Shown here: positions 47,058 through 57,145 of the stretch, in pieces
How the letters are laid out: the number at the start of each line of letters is the position of its first letter
How positions within the stretch are numbered: position 1 is the first letter of the stretch
Source: Deltaproteobacteria bacterium
Lineage (GTDB): Bacteria > Desulfobacterota > Desulfarculia > Adiutricales > JAFDHD01
Reading direction: 5' to 3'
NCBI GenBank assembly: GCA_019306365.1
Contig: JAFDLS010000001.1
Location: 1 to 60,029 of the forward strand
DNA length: 60,029 nucleotides
The notes under the pieces: model-generated
Told to the model about the DNA's origin: nothing
Seen by the model: the letters and a program-made list of their open reading frames with translations, nothing else
Databases searched by the model: none
Position numbers and translations under genes: made by a program

Positions 47058-48164
47058 ATATTATTAAGCCCGGCTTGTTTTAGCAGAAATGCGCGAGTGA
47101 AACTTTCCAGATCACCATCAAGAACAGCGTCCACATTACCAATTTCAATAGAGGTTCGATGATCCTTAACCAGGCGGTAAGGGTGAAGGATATAAGATCG
47201 AATCTGGTTGCCCCAGGCAATTTCCTTCATCTCCTGATGCTGTTCCATCATTTCCTTGGCCTTTTTTTCCTCTTCGAGCTGGTAAAGTTTGGCCTTGAGA
47301 ACCTTCATCGCCAGATCTCGATTGCGGTGCTGAGATTTCTCATCCTGGCATTGAACCACGATCCCGGTGGGCAGGTGAGTGATACGTATGGCGGAACTGG
47401 TCTTGTTTACATGCTGGCCGCCGGCGCCACTGGCCCGATATGTGTCGATACGCAAATCTTTTTCATTTACTTCAATGACGATGTCTTCATCAATCTCAGG
47501 AGTGACAAAAACACTGGCAAAAGAGGTATGCCTTCGGCTGCTGGCGTCAAAAGGCGAAATCCTAACCAGTCGGTGAACGCCGATCTCCGATCTGAGGAGC
47601 CCGTACGCATATTTTCCGCTCACCGTAAAGGTTACGCTCTTGATTCCGGCTTCGTCTCCTTCCAGTGAATCCACGATCCTGGTTTTGAAACCCTGGCGGT
47701 CTACCCAGCGCAGATACATGCGCAGCAGCATTTCAACCCAGTCCTGAGCCTCCGTGCCTCCGGCTCCGGCGTTAATATCCACAATCGCGCTATTAAGATC
47801 ATGCGGTCCGGAAAGCGTTCGCTCAATCTCAAACCGGCTTAATGCTTCATCCAGGCCCGCGACTTTCTTGAGAGCCTCCTTCACTGTCTCCTCGTCATCT
47901 TCCTCGAGGGCCAGATCAATTAAAATCTCCACTTCTTCCAGATCATTCTCTAAAGAAAGTAAGGCTTCTGAGCGGGCGGCCAGAATGTTTCGTTCTCTGG
48001 TTGCTTCGCGGGCTGATTCCGGGTCATCCCAGAATCCGGGTTTGCTCATTATATTATCCAACTCGGCCAGACGCTTATTTATACTGGGAAGGTCAAAGAT
48101 GCCCCCGTAAAGCAAAGTAGCGTTCCTGAACTTCTTTAACTTTTATCTTTATATCCGTTAGCAT
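47036..48164 (-). CDS. prfB: peptide chain release factor 2 (two frames joined by programmed +1 frameshift)
   Basis: Frame 0 reads MLTDIKIKVKEVQERYFALRGHL, then CTT TGA C. The +1 frame continues DLPSINKRLAELD... and includes the SPF and GGQ motifs (DTYRASGAGGQHVNKT). RBS AAGGAG lies before the ATG at 48164. Confidence 0.9.
48092..48107 (-). promoter_or_regulatory. prfB: prfB autoregulatory +1 frameshift site
   Basis: The minus strand reads CGG GGG CAT CTT TGA C. This is an SD-like GGGGG, three nt, then the slippery CTT followed by an in-frame TGA with a 3' C. Confidence 0.85.
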
Positions 48165-49756
48165 CTTTTTCTCCTTATAATTCCGGCCACATAAACAATG
48201 ACAACTACTATCAGACAAATCTGAGGAATTATGTCCCCAATCGTGGTGTAAACAGTTTTTTCGTGCATGCCAGGGATTAATTCTGTTATAACACCCCGCT
48301 TAAGAAGGCCGAGTCTCGTTTTAATCTCACCGGTGGGCAAAATAAAAGCGCTTATTCCAGTATTAGCCGCCCGAATCATGGTCCGCCGATTTTCTACCGC
48401 CCTCAAAGCGGATTGATAGAGAAGCTGATGCGGGGCGGATGTACGGCCAAACCAGGCGTCATTGGTTAGATTAACCAGATAGTTTGCTCCTTTTACAACC
48501 TGGTTTCTGGCCAATGCTGAAAAAAGAGACTCATAGCAGATCAATACACCTATCTGTTCGCCCTCCATGTCAATCAGTGTACCCTGTTTTCCTTCCGAAT
48601 AGTCACCCACGGCTTGAGTGAGTTTGCCTAAAAAGGGAAAAAACCTTTGAAAAGGCACATACTCGCCATAAGGGACCAGATGAACCTTGTCGTAATGCCC
48701 TCTGACTTCTCCTTGCGCGTCAATCAGATAAACACGATTATAATATTTAGGGCCGCTTCCCTGATCTTCATATGCCGGAGAGCCAAAAAGTAAGGGCGTT
48801 TCAATTTTTTTAATCAGGGTTCGCAGCCATTCCGTTTCCCCTCGTTCATTGATGAAGAAAAATGGAGTCGCGGCTTCAGGCCAGATTATCATCCAGGGAT
48901 TTTCCTGTGCCGCCTTTAGAGTTAGATTGCGGTAATTCTTCAGAATGCTGACCCGATGAACCGGATCCCATTTAAGCGACTGGTCAATATTACCTTGTAC
49001 AACCGCTACTTCATGCTTCTCGGCGTCCGCGATCTGATCCCCCACCTGAGCGAGACGAAAATGACCGTAACCCCAAAGCCCGCACAGGGCTATTACTACC
49101 AGGGCCCCAGGAACCAGACCAGCTTTGAATTTCTTTGTCTGATACCGGAGGCCCGCTGAAAAAAAACTCAAGTTGACCATTACAACAATAAAGGTCAACC
49201 CGCCAGTACCCACTATATCCGAAAACTGAACCAAAGACAAGCGGGCCACCAAAGCGGCCCCTAACGGCTCCCATGGCAAACCGCTTAAAAAAATCCCCTT
49301 GAAATATTCCAGGCCTGTATAAAGAGCCGCTCCAACAAATATCCACAACAGACCGCTCGGAACCACCTTCAAATACCTTTCACTCAGCGCCAGACCGAGT
49401 GTAAAAAAGGCCGGGTAGAGCGCAACATAAGCCACAAGAAGATAAAAAGCAGGTAAGGCTAACCATAAATGCAGGCCGCCGTAAAAGGTCAGTACTTTAA
49501 CCAGCCAGTAAAGCAGAATGCTGGAGTGGATCAAGCCCGTTAGATACCCAAGGCCAAAATGTGCTTTAGGTTCTTTACCACGACAGGCGATAAGTAAAGG
49601 AATCAGCGCGACAAAGACTAAAGGCCACAGGTTGGGCCTGGGAAAAGCCAGGGAAAGAAGAATTCCAGACAAAATGGCCAGAAAATAACTTACCGGGTTG
49701 TTTGCTCGGGTGAGCCCCCCGCCAGTGGCGTGGTTGGAGATTGGAAGACCCGGCAT
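48158..49756 (-). CDS. lnt: apolipoprotein N-acyltransferase
   Basis: 532 aa with a polytopic N-terminal half and a C-terminal nitrilase-like domain (AVVQGNI, WPE, ICYE). Confidence 0.9.
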   Translation of the reverse strand: MPGLPISNHATGGGLTRANNPVSYFLAILSGILLSLAFPRPNLWPLVFVALIPLLIACRGKEPKAHFGLGYLTGLIHSSILLYWLVKVLTFYGGLHLWLALPAFYLLVAYVALYPAFFTLGLALSERYLKVVPSGLLWIFVGAALYTGLEYFKGIFLSGLPWEPLGAALVARLSLVQFSDIVGTGGLTFIVVMVNLSFFSAGLRYQTKKFKAGLVPGALVVIALCGLWGYGHFRLAQVGDQIADAEKHEVAVVQGNIDQSLKWDPVHRVSILKNYRNLTLKAAQENPWMIIWPEAATPFFFINERGETEWLRTLIKKIETPLLFGSPAYEDQGSGPKYYNRVYLIDAQGEVRGHYDKVHLVPYGEYVPFQRFFPFLGKLTQAVGDYSEGKQGTLIDMEGEQIGVLICYESLFSALARNQVVKGANYLVNLTNDAWFGRTSAPHQLLYQSALRAVENRRTMIRAANTGISAFILPTGEIKTRLGLLKRGVITELIPGMHEKTVYTTIGDIIPQICLIVVVIVYVAGIIRRKRC

Positions 49757-49759
49757 AGG

Positions 49760-50626
49760 TCAGGATTTCCCAAATTTTGTATTACCGGTTTGATCAAGGC
49801 ATTTGATTTCGACCTGACTTATCTTGCGTTCGTCGGCGGAACGTATGGTCATAATTAGATTTTGAAATTCGATCTGTTCTTTCACCTTGGGAACCCGGCC
49901 AGTTAAGTCAATAATAAACCCTCCCACGGAATCATAATTACCTTCCGGGAGATCGATCATCAGGTAATCGGATAATTCCTCAAGATGCAGCCGTGCGTCG
50001 ACCAGTATGGTGTCGCTACTCAGTTGAATAATCTTCTGGTCATCTGTATCGTATTCATCTTGAATTTCGCCAACGATTTCCTCGATAATATCTTCCAGCG
50101 TGACAAGGCCGGCGGTACCTCCATATTCATCTAAAACGATGGCCATATGAGTTTTTCTCGTCCTAAATTCGACGAGGAGTTCCCCTATCTTTTTAACTTC
50201 AGGAATAAAATATGGCTGCCGTATTAGATCTTTGGACAGCAGTTCATCCGAGGAAGATCCCCAATAGCCAAGTAAATCCTTGATGTGAAGGATACCAACA
50301 ATGTGATCTATATCTATTTGGTATACAGGCAGGCGTGAATGGCCGTGCTTACGGGACATCTGAATGACCTCCCCCAGTGTGGCCTCCTGGGCAGTGGCCA
50401 CCATATCGGTACGCGGGATCATAACCTCCCTTGCCACGGTCTCACCAAACTCAAAGATGCTTTGGATCATCTCCCCTTCGCTGAAGGTAATGACCCCCTT
50501 TTCAGCACCTTCGTCAATGAGCTCTTGAATGTCCTCCTCAAACTTGTTAGCGACACGATTCGCATCATCGCGCCTTAAAAAGGCTTTAAATTTTGAGATT
50601 AAACTTTGCGATGGGTCGTCGTCCAA
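49760..50626 (-). CDS. corC: CBS-pair plus CorC_HlyC domain protein (CorC/YbeX-like)
   Basis: 288 aa with a CBS pair and a transporter-associated C-terminal domain. The conserved ybeX-lnt adjacency is present. Confidence 0.8.
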   Translation of the reverse strand: MDDDPSQSLISKFKAFLRRDDANRVANKFEEDIQELIDEGAEKGVITFSEGEMIQSIFEFGETVAREVMIPRTDMVATAQEATLGEVIQMSRKHGHSRLPVYQIDIDHIVGILHIKDLLGYWGSSSDELLSKDLIRQPYFIPEVKKIGELLVEFRTRKTHMAIVLDEYGGTAGLVTLEDIIEEIVGEIQDEYDTDDQKIIQLSSDTILVDARLHLEELSDYLMIDLPEGNYDSVGGFIIDLTGRVPKVKEQIEFQNLIMTIRSADERKISQVEIKCLDQTGNTKFGKS

Positions 50627-50674
50627 TCGAATCTAACCTCCCTTCCGCCGCTGAATGCGGCAATAAAATTATTA

Positions 50675-52549
50675 TTAATTTGTAATTTGCATCACAACTG
50701 TTTGTTCAAGGGAAACACCATAACGCCGAATTCTTTCCTCCAGTTCATCTGGTTTAAGGCCAAGTATTTCAGCGGCCTGTTTTGTTTCCCCATCTGTTTT
50801 AGCCAGCGCCTTGCGGATAAGATCCTTTTCCACTTCCATAATTGATTCGGACGACCTTTCGCCTGGCTGTGTTTTAAATGTATGCGCGGCCAGACGCAGT
50901 TCCAAAGGAAGATCTTCAACCATGATATGGGACCCCTGATGAAACATTATTACCCGCTCAACTACGTTTTTTAACTCACCCGCGTTTCCAGGCCAGGTAT
51001 AAGCCCGCAAACATTCGGAGACCGCCGGGTCCATTTCCGGAACGAGGTGTCCTTCAATCTTGGCCACCTCCGCAAAGAAGTATTTCGCCAGGAGGATTAC
51101 ATCCTCGCCCAACTCTCTCAGGGGATAGGTGGCCAGGGTAACTTCAGAAATACGGTCATGAAGATCTGCCCGGAATTTATTCTTTTCAACCATGCCTTTA
51201 AGGTCTTCAGTGCTGGAAGATATGATCCTGCAATTGATCGGTCTGGGCCGAATAGAACCCACCCGATAGACAACCCCTTCCTCAATTGTCTTAAGTAAAA
51301 CAACTTGTTCCGGCAAAGGCAGCTTATTAATGTTGTGTATAAAAACAGAGCCGCCCTCGGCCTTCTCCAGAAAACCCGGCGCCTCGTCCTCATCTAAGGT
51401 CCCGCCCTCCTGCCCAAATAACTCTCGGCTGATATTGCGTGATGAAATAGAGGCACAGTTTATGTAAACAAATGGATATTTCTTACGAGGGCTCAAGGAA
51501 TGAATCAGCTTGGCCAGAATTTCCTTTCCTGTTCCCGACTCGCCCTCGAGCAATATCCGGTTATCAGCCTGAGCGACCTGGGCCGCCATGGCGCGCAGAG
51601 CTTTAACCTTCTCATGTTCACCTATGAGATAGATTCTTTCTTTGACGGCCTCCTCTTCCTGAGCCGCTCGACGGTTCAAGTCATGAATCATGCGCGCGTT
51701 CGCGATAGCGGAACTTACAAGCGACCCGAGGGCGGTTAAAAAATAAAGATCTTTGTCCGTATATTCACGGGAACGGCTTTCAATATAAATCAATCCCGGC
51801 GATCCCTCCTTTGTATTAAGAGGCACAGCCAGAGCTTGCTGAGGTTTGTCTTCTAGAATGCGTTCGCCGTCCCTGAAAGTCAATTCGGTCACTACGGTCG
51901 GCCAGATGACAGATTTACCTTCCTTGAGCACACGATCAATCAAAGGCCGCGGCAGAACCATTCGCTGATCTTGAGGCTGCATCGCCAGAACGTTCAAGCG
52001 ATTCCAGTCCACGCCTTCCGGCCAAAGGACCACCATCCGTTCAGCTTCGAAGAGCTTATCCAGAACGTATATCACCTGTCTGATAATTCCAAATAACTTG
52101 GAGGTTTTGGCCAGGGCTGTAGCCACCTTGAATAAAGCCGCCATAGACACCCGGTCCAATGAGTTCAGCTTCGGCTCCCCGGCCTCTTCAACGAGGCCCT
52201 CCGGGTTGTCTTCAACCCCTCCTACCAGAAGAACAACTCCTCTTTTTCCAACGGCCACATCCAGATCAGGATCGAAGAGAAAAACTTCATCTCCCAGCTT
52301 GATTTCATCATTTTTTTTAAGCGGGGTAGGTTCTTGGATTTGAATGTCGTTATGAAAAGTGCCGTTGGAGCTGTCCAGGTCTTTCAGAAAGTAGCCGGCA
52401 TCGTCCTTGTAAATCTCGGAATGAAATCGGGAAACAGCGCGTCCGAAAATAATGAGATCGCATTCAGGTGATCGTCCCAACACCGCCCGTTCGTCAATCT
52501 CGAAGCGAAATCCAAGTCTATCTTCTCGAAAAGCGAAAAGAAACGGCAT
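50675..52549 (-). CDS. FHA-GAF-AAA+-HTH regulator of the sigma54 enhancer-binding-protein family, with degenerate GAFTGA and Walker B
   Basis: 624 aa. It has an N-terminal FHA domain (GRSPECDLII...SRFHSEI...DLDSSNGT), a central GAF-like region, Walker A GESGTGKE and a C-terminal Fis-type HTH. The expected ELFGHEKGAFTGA is instead ELFGQEGGTLDEDEAPG, and GGTLFLDEI is instead GGSVFIHNI. Confidence 0.8.
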   Translation of the reverse strand: MPFLFAFREDRLGFRFEIDERAVLGRSPECDLIIFGRAVSRFHSEIYKDDAGYFLKDLDSSNGTFHNDIQIQEPTPLKKNDEIKLGDEVFLFDPDLDVAVGKRGVVLLVGGVEDNPEGLVEEAGEPKLNSLDRVSMAALFKVATALAKTSKLFGIIRQVIYVLDKLFEAERMVVLWPEGVDWNRLNVLAMQPQDQRMVLPRPLIDRVLKEGKSVIWPTVVTELTFRDGERILEDKPQQALAVPLNTKEGSPGLIYIESRSREYTDKDLYFLTALGSLVSSAIANARMIHDLNRRAAQEEEAVKERIYLIGEHEKVKALRAMAAQVAQADNRILLEGESGTGKEILAKLIHSLSPRKKYPFVYINCASISSRNISRELFGQEGGTLDEDEAPGFLEKAEGGSVFIHNINKLPLPEQVVLLKTIEEGVVYRVGSIRPRPINCRIISSSTEDLKGMVEKNKFRADLHDRISEVTLATYPLRELGEDVILLAKYFFAEVAKIEGHLVPEMDPAVSECLRAYTWPGNAGELKNVVERVIMFHQGSHIMVEDLPLELRLAAHTFKTQPGERSSESIMEVEKDLIRKALAKTDGETKQAAEILGLKPDELEERIRRYGVSLEQTVVMQITN

Positions 52550-52948
52550 TTTTTAATTCAATGGTAAAATTGAAGGTATGAGCATAAACACTTAAAACTC
52601 CAATGAAACCGCGTGCCTCCCCATGTATTAAACTTGCCATAAAAGTAGCGCATTGTCAATAAGATAACTAACAACGAAAATCAGATTATTCCTTGTTGGT
52701 AAAAGGAATTGAGGATATCTGGGATTGTGAAATGAAAAAATCGACGCTGTTACGCCCATCACATCGCTTTATTCACCTCCAGAAATCCCGAGGGGCAGAT
52801 ATTTACCTCTCAATGTTTGGATAAAAGCATGTGGAAATTTCGTATAATTTGTGGAGTAAATCAGAAAAACAAGATATAAAACTTGACTGGTTTGGACGAG
52901 TATGGTAGCGACAAATAGCCAAATCGAAAGGGCTTAGAGGTAAAAAAT

Positions 52949-54313
52949 ATGGCTGAAATCGCCCCTTTAAAGGGTATTATATATAACACATCAAAAACAG
53001 GCAACCTTAGAGATCTGGTTGCTCCTCCTTACGACGTCGTATCACCTGAGGAGCAGGCCTCCTTCCATCAGGCTCACGCTAATAACGTAATGCATCTTAC
53101 CCTAGGAGCCACACATCCTGACGATCAAGACCCGTATGATTGGCACCAACGCGCCGCTGCAAAATTCAGTCAGTGGCTTGAAGAAAAAATTCTTATCAGG
53201 CATGAGCAACCGGCTATTTATTATACGGAGATGGATTTCACCAATCCCATAACCGGCCAGCGAAAAACACGCCATGGGTTCGTAAGCCTGCTCAAGCTTG
53301 AGAATTTCGATGAAAAGGCCAGAGTCAGGCCTCATGAAAGCACTTTTTCCTCCACCAGAGCTGAACGGCTTAATCTCATGCTGAATGTCAATGCGAATTT
53401 AAGTCAGATTTTCGCCGTTTACCCGGATGAAAAGGGTGAATCCCAGAAAATCCTGAGATCTGACATCCAGAGTCAACCTCTATTTGACTTCATGGATCCT
53501 TCTGGTCGAGGTCACCGGATCTGGCCGATTACAGACCAGGCTGCTATCAAAAAATTAAGTAACTTCATGCTGGATAAAACAGTCTACATCGCTGACGGTC
53601 ATCACCGGTATGAGACATCTCTAAATTATCGCCGTACGAAGCTTGAGGAAGGTGTTGAAATTGGACCGCGATCACCTCTCAACTACACCATGGTGTATCT
53701 GTGCGCCATTTCAGACCCTGGCCTTACCATCCTCCCGGCTCACCGGCTGATAAGCAACACCCTGCATCTATCAAAAAAGGAACTGGAAACCGCCTTAGAA
53801 CGCTTTTTCAGCGTTCAGACATTTTCTTTCACGCGGGTGGACGAACGCACGACCAGAAGGGCCTTTTTGCGCCAGCTTGAAAAGGAAGGCCGTACCGGCA
53901 ACGCACTGGGATTATATACACATCTGGGGAAAACATATTATCTCCTCAAGCCACGTAATGATGTCGGCCAGGGTACGTTTCTGGAAACATGGGCCCCGGA
54001 ACTTAGAAAGCTGGATACGGTTGTATTGACGGGATTGGTCCTTCAGGAAATATTAGGGTTGACCGAAAAAGGCCTTGATGATCCCAACCGCATCACTTAC
54101 ACCAGCAGAGCGGGTGACGCCATCAGGCGGGTGAATGAAGGTTTGATCCAGATGGCATGCATTCTCAACCCGACCCGCATTAATCAGGTTCAAGACGTAG
54201 CGGAATCCGGCCTTATCATGCCGCGTAAATCAACTTACTTTTTCCCCAAGGTAAGTACCGGCCTGATCTTTAACCGGATCGATCCCGCTGAGGAGATCGA
54301 CTCTGTACTTTAG
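52949..54313 (+). CDS. DUF1015 domain-containing protein
   Basis: 454 aa. APPYDV near the N-terminus and IADGHHRY in the middle are as I recall for DUF1015. Confidence 0.65.
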   Translation: MAEIAPLKGIIYNTSKTGNLRDLVAPPYDVVSPEEQASFHQAHANNVMHLTLGATHPDDQDPYDWHQRAAAKFSQWLEEKILIRHEQPAIYYTEMDFTNPITGQRKTRHGFVSLLKLENFDEKARVRPHESTFSSTRAERLNLMLNVNANLSQIFAVYPDEKGESQKILRSDIQSQPLFDFMDPSGRGHRIWPITDQAAIKKLSNFMLDKTVYIADGHHRYETSLNYRRTKLEEGVEIGPRSPLNYTMVYLCAISDPGLTILPAHRLISNTLHLSKKELETALERFFSVQTFSFTRVDERTTRRAFLRQLEKEGRTGNALGLYTHLGKTYYLLKPRNDVGQGTFLETWAPELRKLDTVVLTGLVLQEILGLTEKGLDDPNRITYTSRAGDAIRRVNEGLIQMACILNPTRINQVQDVAESGLIMPRKSTYFFPKVSTGLIFNRIDPAEEIDSVL

Positions 54314-54325
54314 GATCTTACTAAG

Positions 54326-55108
54326 GTGCCTAAGACGAACCAAACTGATTCCGATCTGACTTCTGATACCATATATCGGGGGGCGTTGACCCTGAAACAA
54401 CCTAGATCAGGCTACCGCTTTGCCATCGACGCCCTCCTCCTGGCCGCGTTCACACATGTTAAACCGGATCAATTGGTAGTGGACCTTGGAACCGGGGTGG
54501 GAGTTGTGGCCTTGACAATGGCCCAGCGCATGGGCCGCGGCCGGGTGTTTGCGGTTGAAATCCAGCCTCGATTGGCTGAATGCGCTCGACAAAATACCGA
54601 GGCCAATAATCTTCAATCTCTGGTCGAAGTCCTTGAGATGGACTGGTCGAAGCTTAATCGGAAAAAAATCGGCGGACAGGCTCAACTCATTATCTGCAAC
54701 CCCCCTTACCGCGGCCTGGGTACCGGCCGGGTAAGCCCTGATCAGGAAGAAGCTATGGCCCGGCATGAGTTAAAAGGCAGTTTGGAGACAGCCGCCTGGA
54801 CAACAGAACGATTGCTGGCTCCGGGCGGTTCCTTTTCGGTAATTTACCCTGCTGCCAGGCTGGTTAGTCTTCTGACTATACTGCGTAAATATGATCTGGA
54901 ACCAAAACGGCTGCGTCTAATTCACAGCCGTCCTAAGGAGAAAGCCCGCTTAGCGCTGGTGGAAGCCCGCCTGGGGGGCGGTGAGGAACTGGAAGTTCAC
55001 CCGCCGCTTTATATCTACCAAACCGGCAAGGAATATTCAGCAGAGGTTGAGGCTATACTCTCCGGGGAAGGAAGTATCGGCCCGGCCGGACAATCTGATT
55101 CTCCCTGA
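54326..55108 (+). CDS. SAM-dependent N6-adenine methyltransferase, tRNA1(Val) m6A37 YfiC/TrmN6-like
   Basis: 260 aa with the SAM motif DLGTGVGVVAL and catalytic NPPY. GTG start. Confidence 0.7.
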   Translation: MPKTNQTDSDLTSDTIYRGALTLKQPRSGYRFAIDALLLAAFTHVKPDQLVVDLGTGVGVVALTMAQRMGRGRVFAVEIQPRLAECARQNTEANNLQSLVEVLEMDWSKLNRKKIGGQAQLIICNPPYRGLGTGRVSPDQEEAMARHELKGSLETAAWTTERLLAPGGSFSVIYPAARLVSLLTILRKYDLEPKRLRLIHSRPKEKARLALVEARLGGGEELEVHPPLYIYQTGKEYSAEVEAILSGEGSIGPAGQSDSP

Positions 55109-55165
55109 GCTGCAAAACCTGCCTCACGGCTCAGGCTCAGAAAGTTATTTTTACAATGACTTCTA

Positions 55166-55510
55166 TTAATCTTCGGATCCAGGCTTTGAAAAATCAGGTG
55201 ATACAGACCCCACCTTGAATATTATTTCCTGAACAAGGGGAGCGCCGGCCGCGTTGTTAATTTTTTCGATAAACTCCGCCTTGGAGTAATTCAATCGATC
55301 GATCCAAACCGAACTCTCGACCAAAACGGTCAAGCGGCCGTCCTGAATGGAGTCCGGTTGGCTGTGGGCGGCGACAAGCGGCCCAACAGCTCCAGGCCAG
55401 ATTTCAAAGACCTTACCCACCTCTTGAGCCAACCCCAGAAAACCATTCTTCAAGGAAGAAGAGATGATCTTTCCTATAGAGGTTAAGTCATTTGAAGGGC
55501 GTCTGGGCAT
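55166..55510 (-). CDS. DUF721 (DciA-like) protein
   Basis: 114 aa. Its size and the W...G......H..P.....G.L.V.V.SS.W...L pattern are consistent with DUF721. Confidence 0.55.
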   Translation of the reverse strand: MPRRPSNDLTSIGKIISSSLKNGFLGLAQEVGKVFEIWPGAVGPLVAAHSQPDSIQDGRLTVLVESSVWIDRLNYSKAEFIEKINNAAGAPLVQEIIFKVGSVSPDFSKPGSED

Positions 55511-55658
55511 AACTACTAAATAACCTTACATTTGATCTCAGTCAACCCTTTCCTGTCACGCATCTTCTCATAAGGCGTTTTTGACCCGATATCTGAAACA
55601 GCTCTCCCCTAAGCCAAGCTGCAGATAATTATCAAGTTAAAAACCAAGGAAAACTCAT

Positions 55659-55898
55659 TTAGTCTTCTTCCGCAACGGACCGATTCAGCCCAAGGCATTT
55701 ATCCGCGAACTCACACCACTGAGCGCAACCCTCGTTTAATTTTGGATTAGGGAACCTGTGCCCGCAGCCGGGGCACCGCCTTTGAGCGTCATCCTTCCAG
55801 AATTCTACCTGCGTATGGCAATTCGGGCAGGTGATTTCAAAGATGTCACCTGGCTTCCAGAACATCATGTTTTGACCGGGGCATTGTGTTTGAGACAT
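55659..55898 (-). CDS. Cys-rich zinc-ribbon hypothetical protein
   Basis: 79 aa from the ATG at 55898, which lies 7 nt after AAGGAG. It has CPNC...CPGCG plus further Cys residues. Confidence 0.5.
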   Translation of the reverse strand: MSQTQCPGQNMMFWKPGDIFEITCPNCHTQVEFWKDDAQRRCPGCGHRFPNPKLNEGCAQWCEFADKCLGLNRSVAEED

Positions 55899-55969
55899 CT
55901 TTGTTCTCCTTATCACTTTAAAGAAAACACGTTTCCTTTCCAGAGGGGAAAGGCCTGTTTTACAGTTTT

Positions 55970-56713
55970 TTAGACAGCCACCTTATTTTCGTGCCCCTCA
56001 ATTTCCTGACCGCTGAAATCAATCTTGTGCGCCTCCAGAGGTATTGATTTTCCACTTTTGGCCAGGGCCTGATTTATCAAGTATATCAGACCGGAGCAGC
56101 ACGGAACCGTCATATAAAGGATTGTTATGTTTTTTATGTTATTGCTTCGAAAAATTTCAGCCAGCTTCTCTTCATAAGAAGCAGCATCATCAAGTTTGGG
56201 ACAAGCGATGATCAGGGCCCGATCCCTGAGATAACTCTGGTGCAGATTCGTTAAAGTAAAGCCCGTACAATCCGCGGCGATAAGAAGATCGGCTCCTTCA
56301 AAGTAAGGCGCCTTGGTTGGAACTAGATGAAGCTGAACAGGCCAGTTTCTGAGGGCGGAAGCCGGTGCTGATCCGCTTTCTCGTTTCTCGGGAGCCGGTT
56401 CCAATTCCCTGACCATGCTGCTAGGACAACCGCAAGCCATTTCCCCAAGCTGGGATATGTCTGTAACAGGCTTTTTCTCGGCTAAATGAGCCTCAACCGC
56501 GATTTCATCAAACTCATCCGCCTCTCTTTCGATTATTTCCAGGGCGCCTTCCGGGCATCCCAAACACGCCCCCAACCCGTCACAATACATATCCTTGATT
56601 AGCTTGGCTTTACCATCCACGATTTCGAGCGCGCCTTCGGCACAGCTGATTATGCACTCACCGCAGCCCGTACACTTCTCCTCATCGATGTTAATAACTT
56701 TTCTTACGCCCAT
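55970..56713 (-). CDS. 4Fe-4S ferredoxin-domain protein with a Cys-containing C-terminal domain
   Basis: MGVRKVINIDEEKCTGCGECIISCAEGAL, plus a second cluster motif CDGLGACLGCPEGAL. The ATG at 56713 after AAGGAGGG is preferred over the tracked start at 56779. Confidence 0.65.
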   Translation of the reverse strand: MGVRKVINIDEEKCTGCGECIISCAEGALEIVDGKAKLIKDMYCDGLGACLGCPEGALEIIEREADEFDEIAVEAHLAEKKPVTDISQLGEMACGCPSSMVRELEPAPEKRESGSAPASALRNWPVQLHLVPTKAPYFEGADLLIAADCTGFTLTNLHQSYLRDRALIIACPKLDDAASYEEKLAEIFRSNNIKNITILYMTVPCCSGLIYLINQALAKSGKSIPLEAHKIDFSGQEIEGHENKVAV

Positions 56714-57145
56714 TTTGTCACACCCTCCTTGATTTTGATTAAAAAATACTTGAAAAGGGGGCATAAGGCCTTGACTCAAATCAATTTTTAAAAAAATTTC
56801 TTATTAATAGATAAAATAACTGACCCGTTGATCTCACGCTAACCATATAACTATGTTAAAAAATTAAATATTTCATGTTTTACCTGTCATCGGCCCATTT
56901 TTTTTATTTTCTTTCCACCTCACATCAAACGCTCAAAAAATCCCAAAAAAAACGCTTACATTATAAAAGTAAGAAGTGGTGGCGTGAATATCTACCGATG
57001 GAGGATTAAAAACTGTTCGCCGTTTCCAGGACATGAGGAAGGGGCAGAGGGTTGCAAGAACCGCATGGTATGGAGTATTATTACCTCTATATTCGATGAT
57101 CATTAAATTTACCTGTGAACTGGAATTATTAAAAAAGAAGGACCT

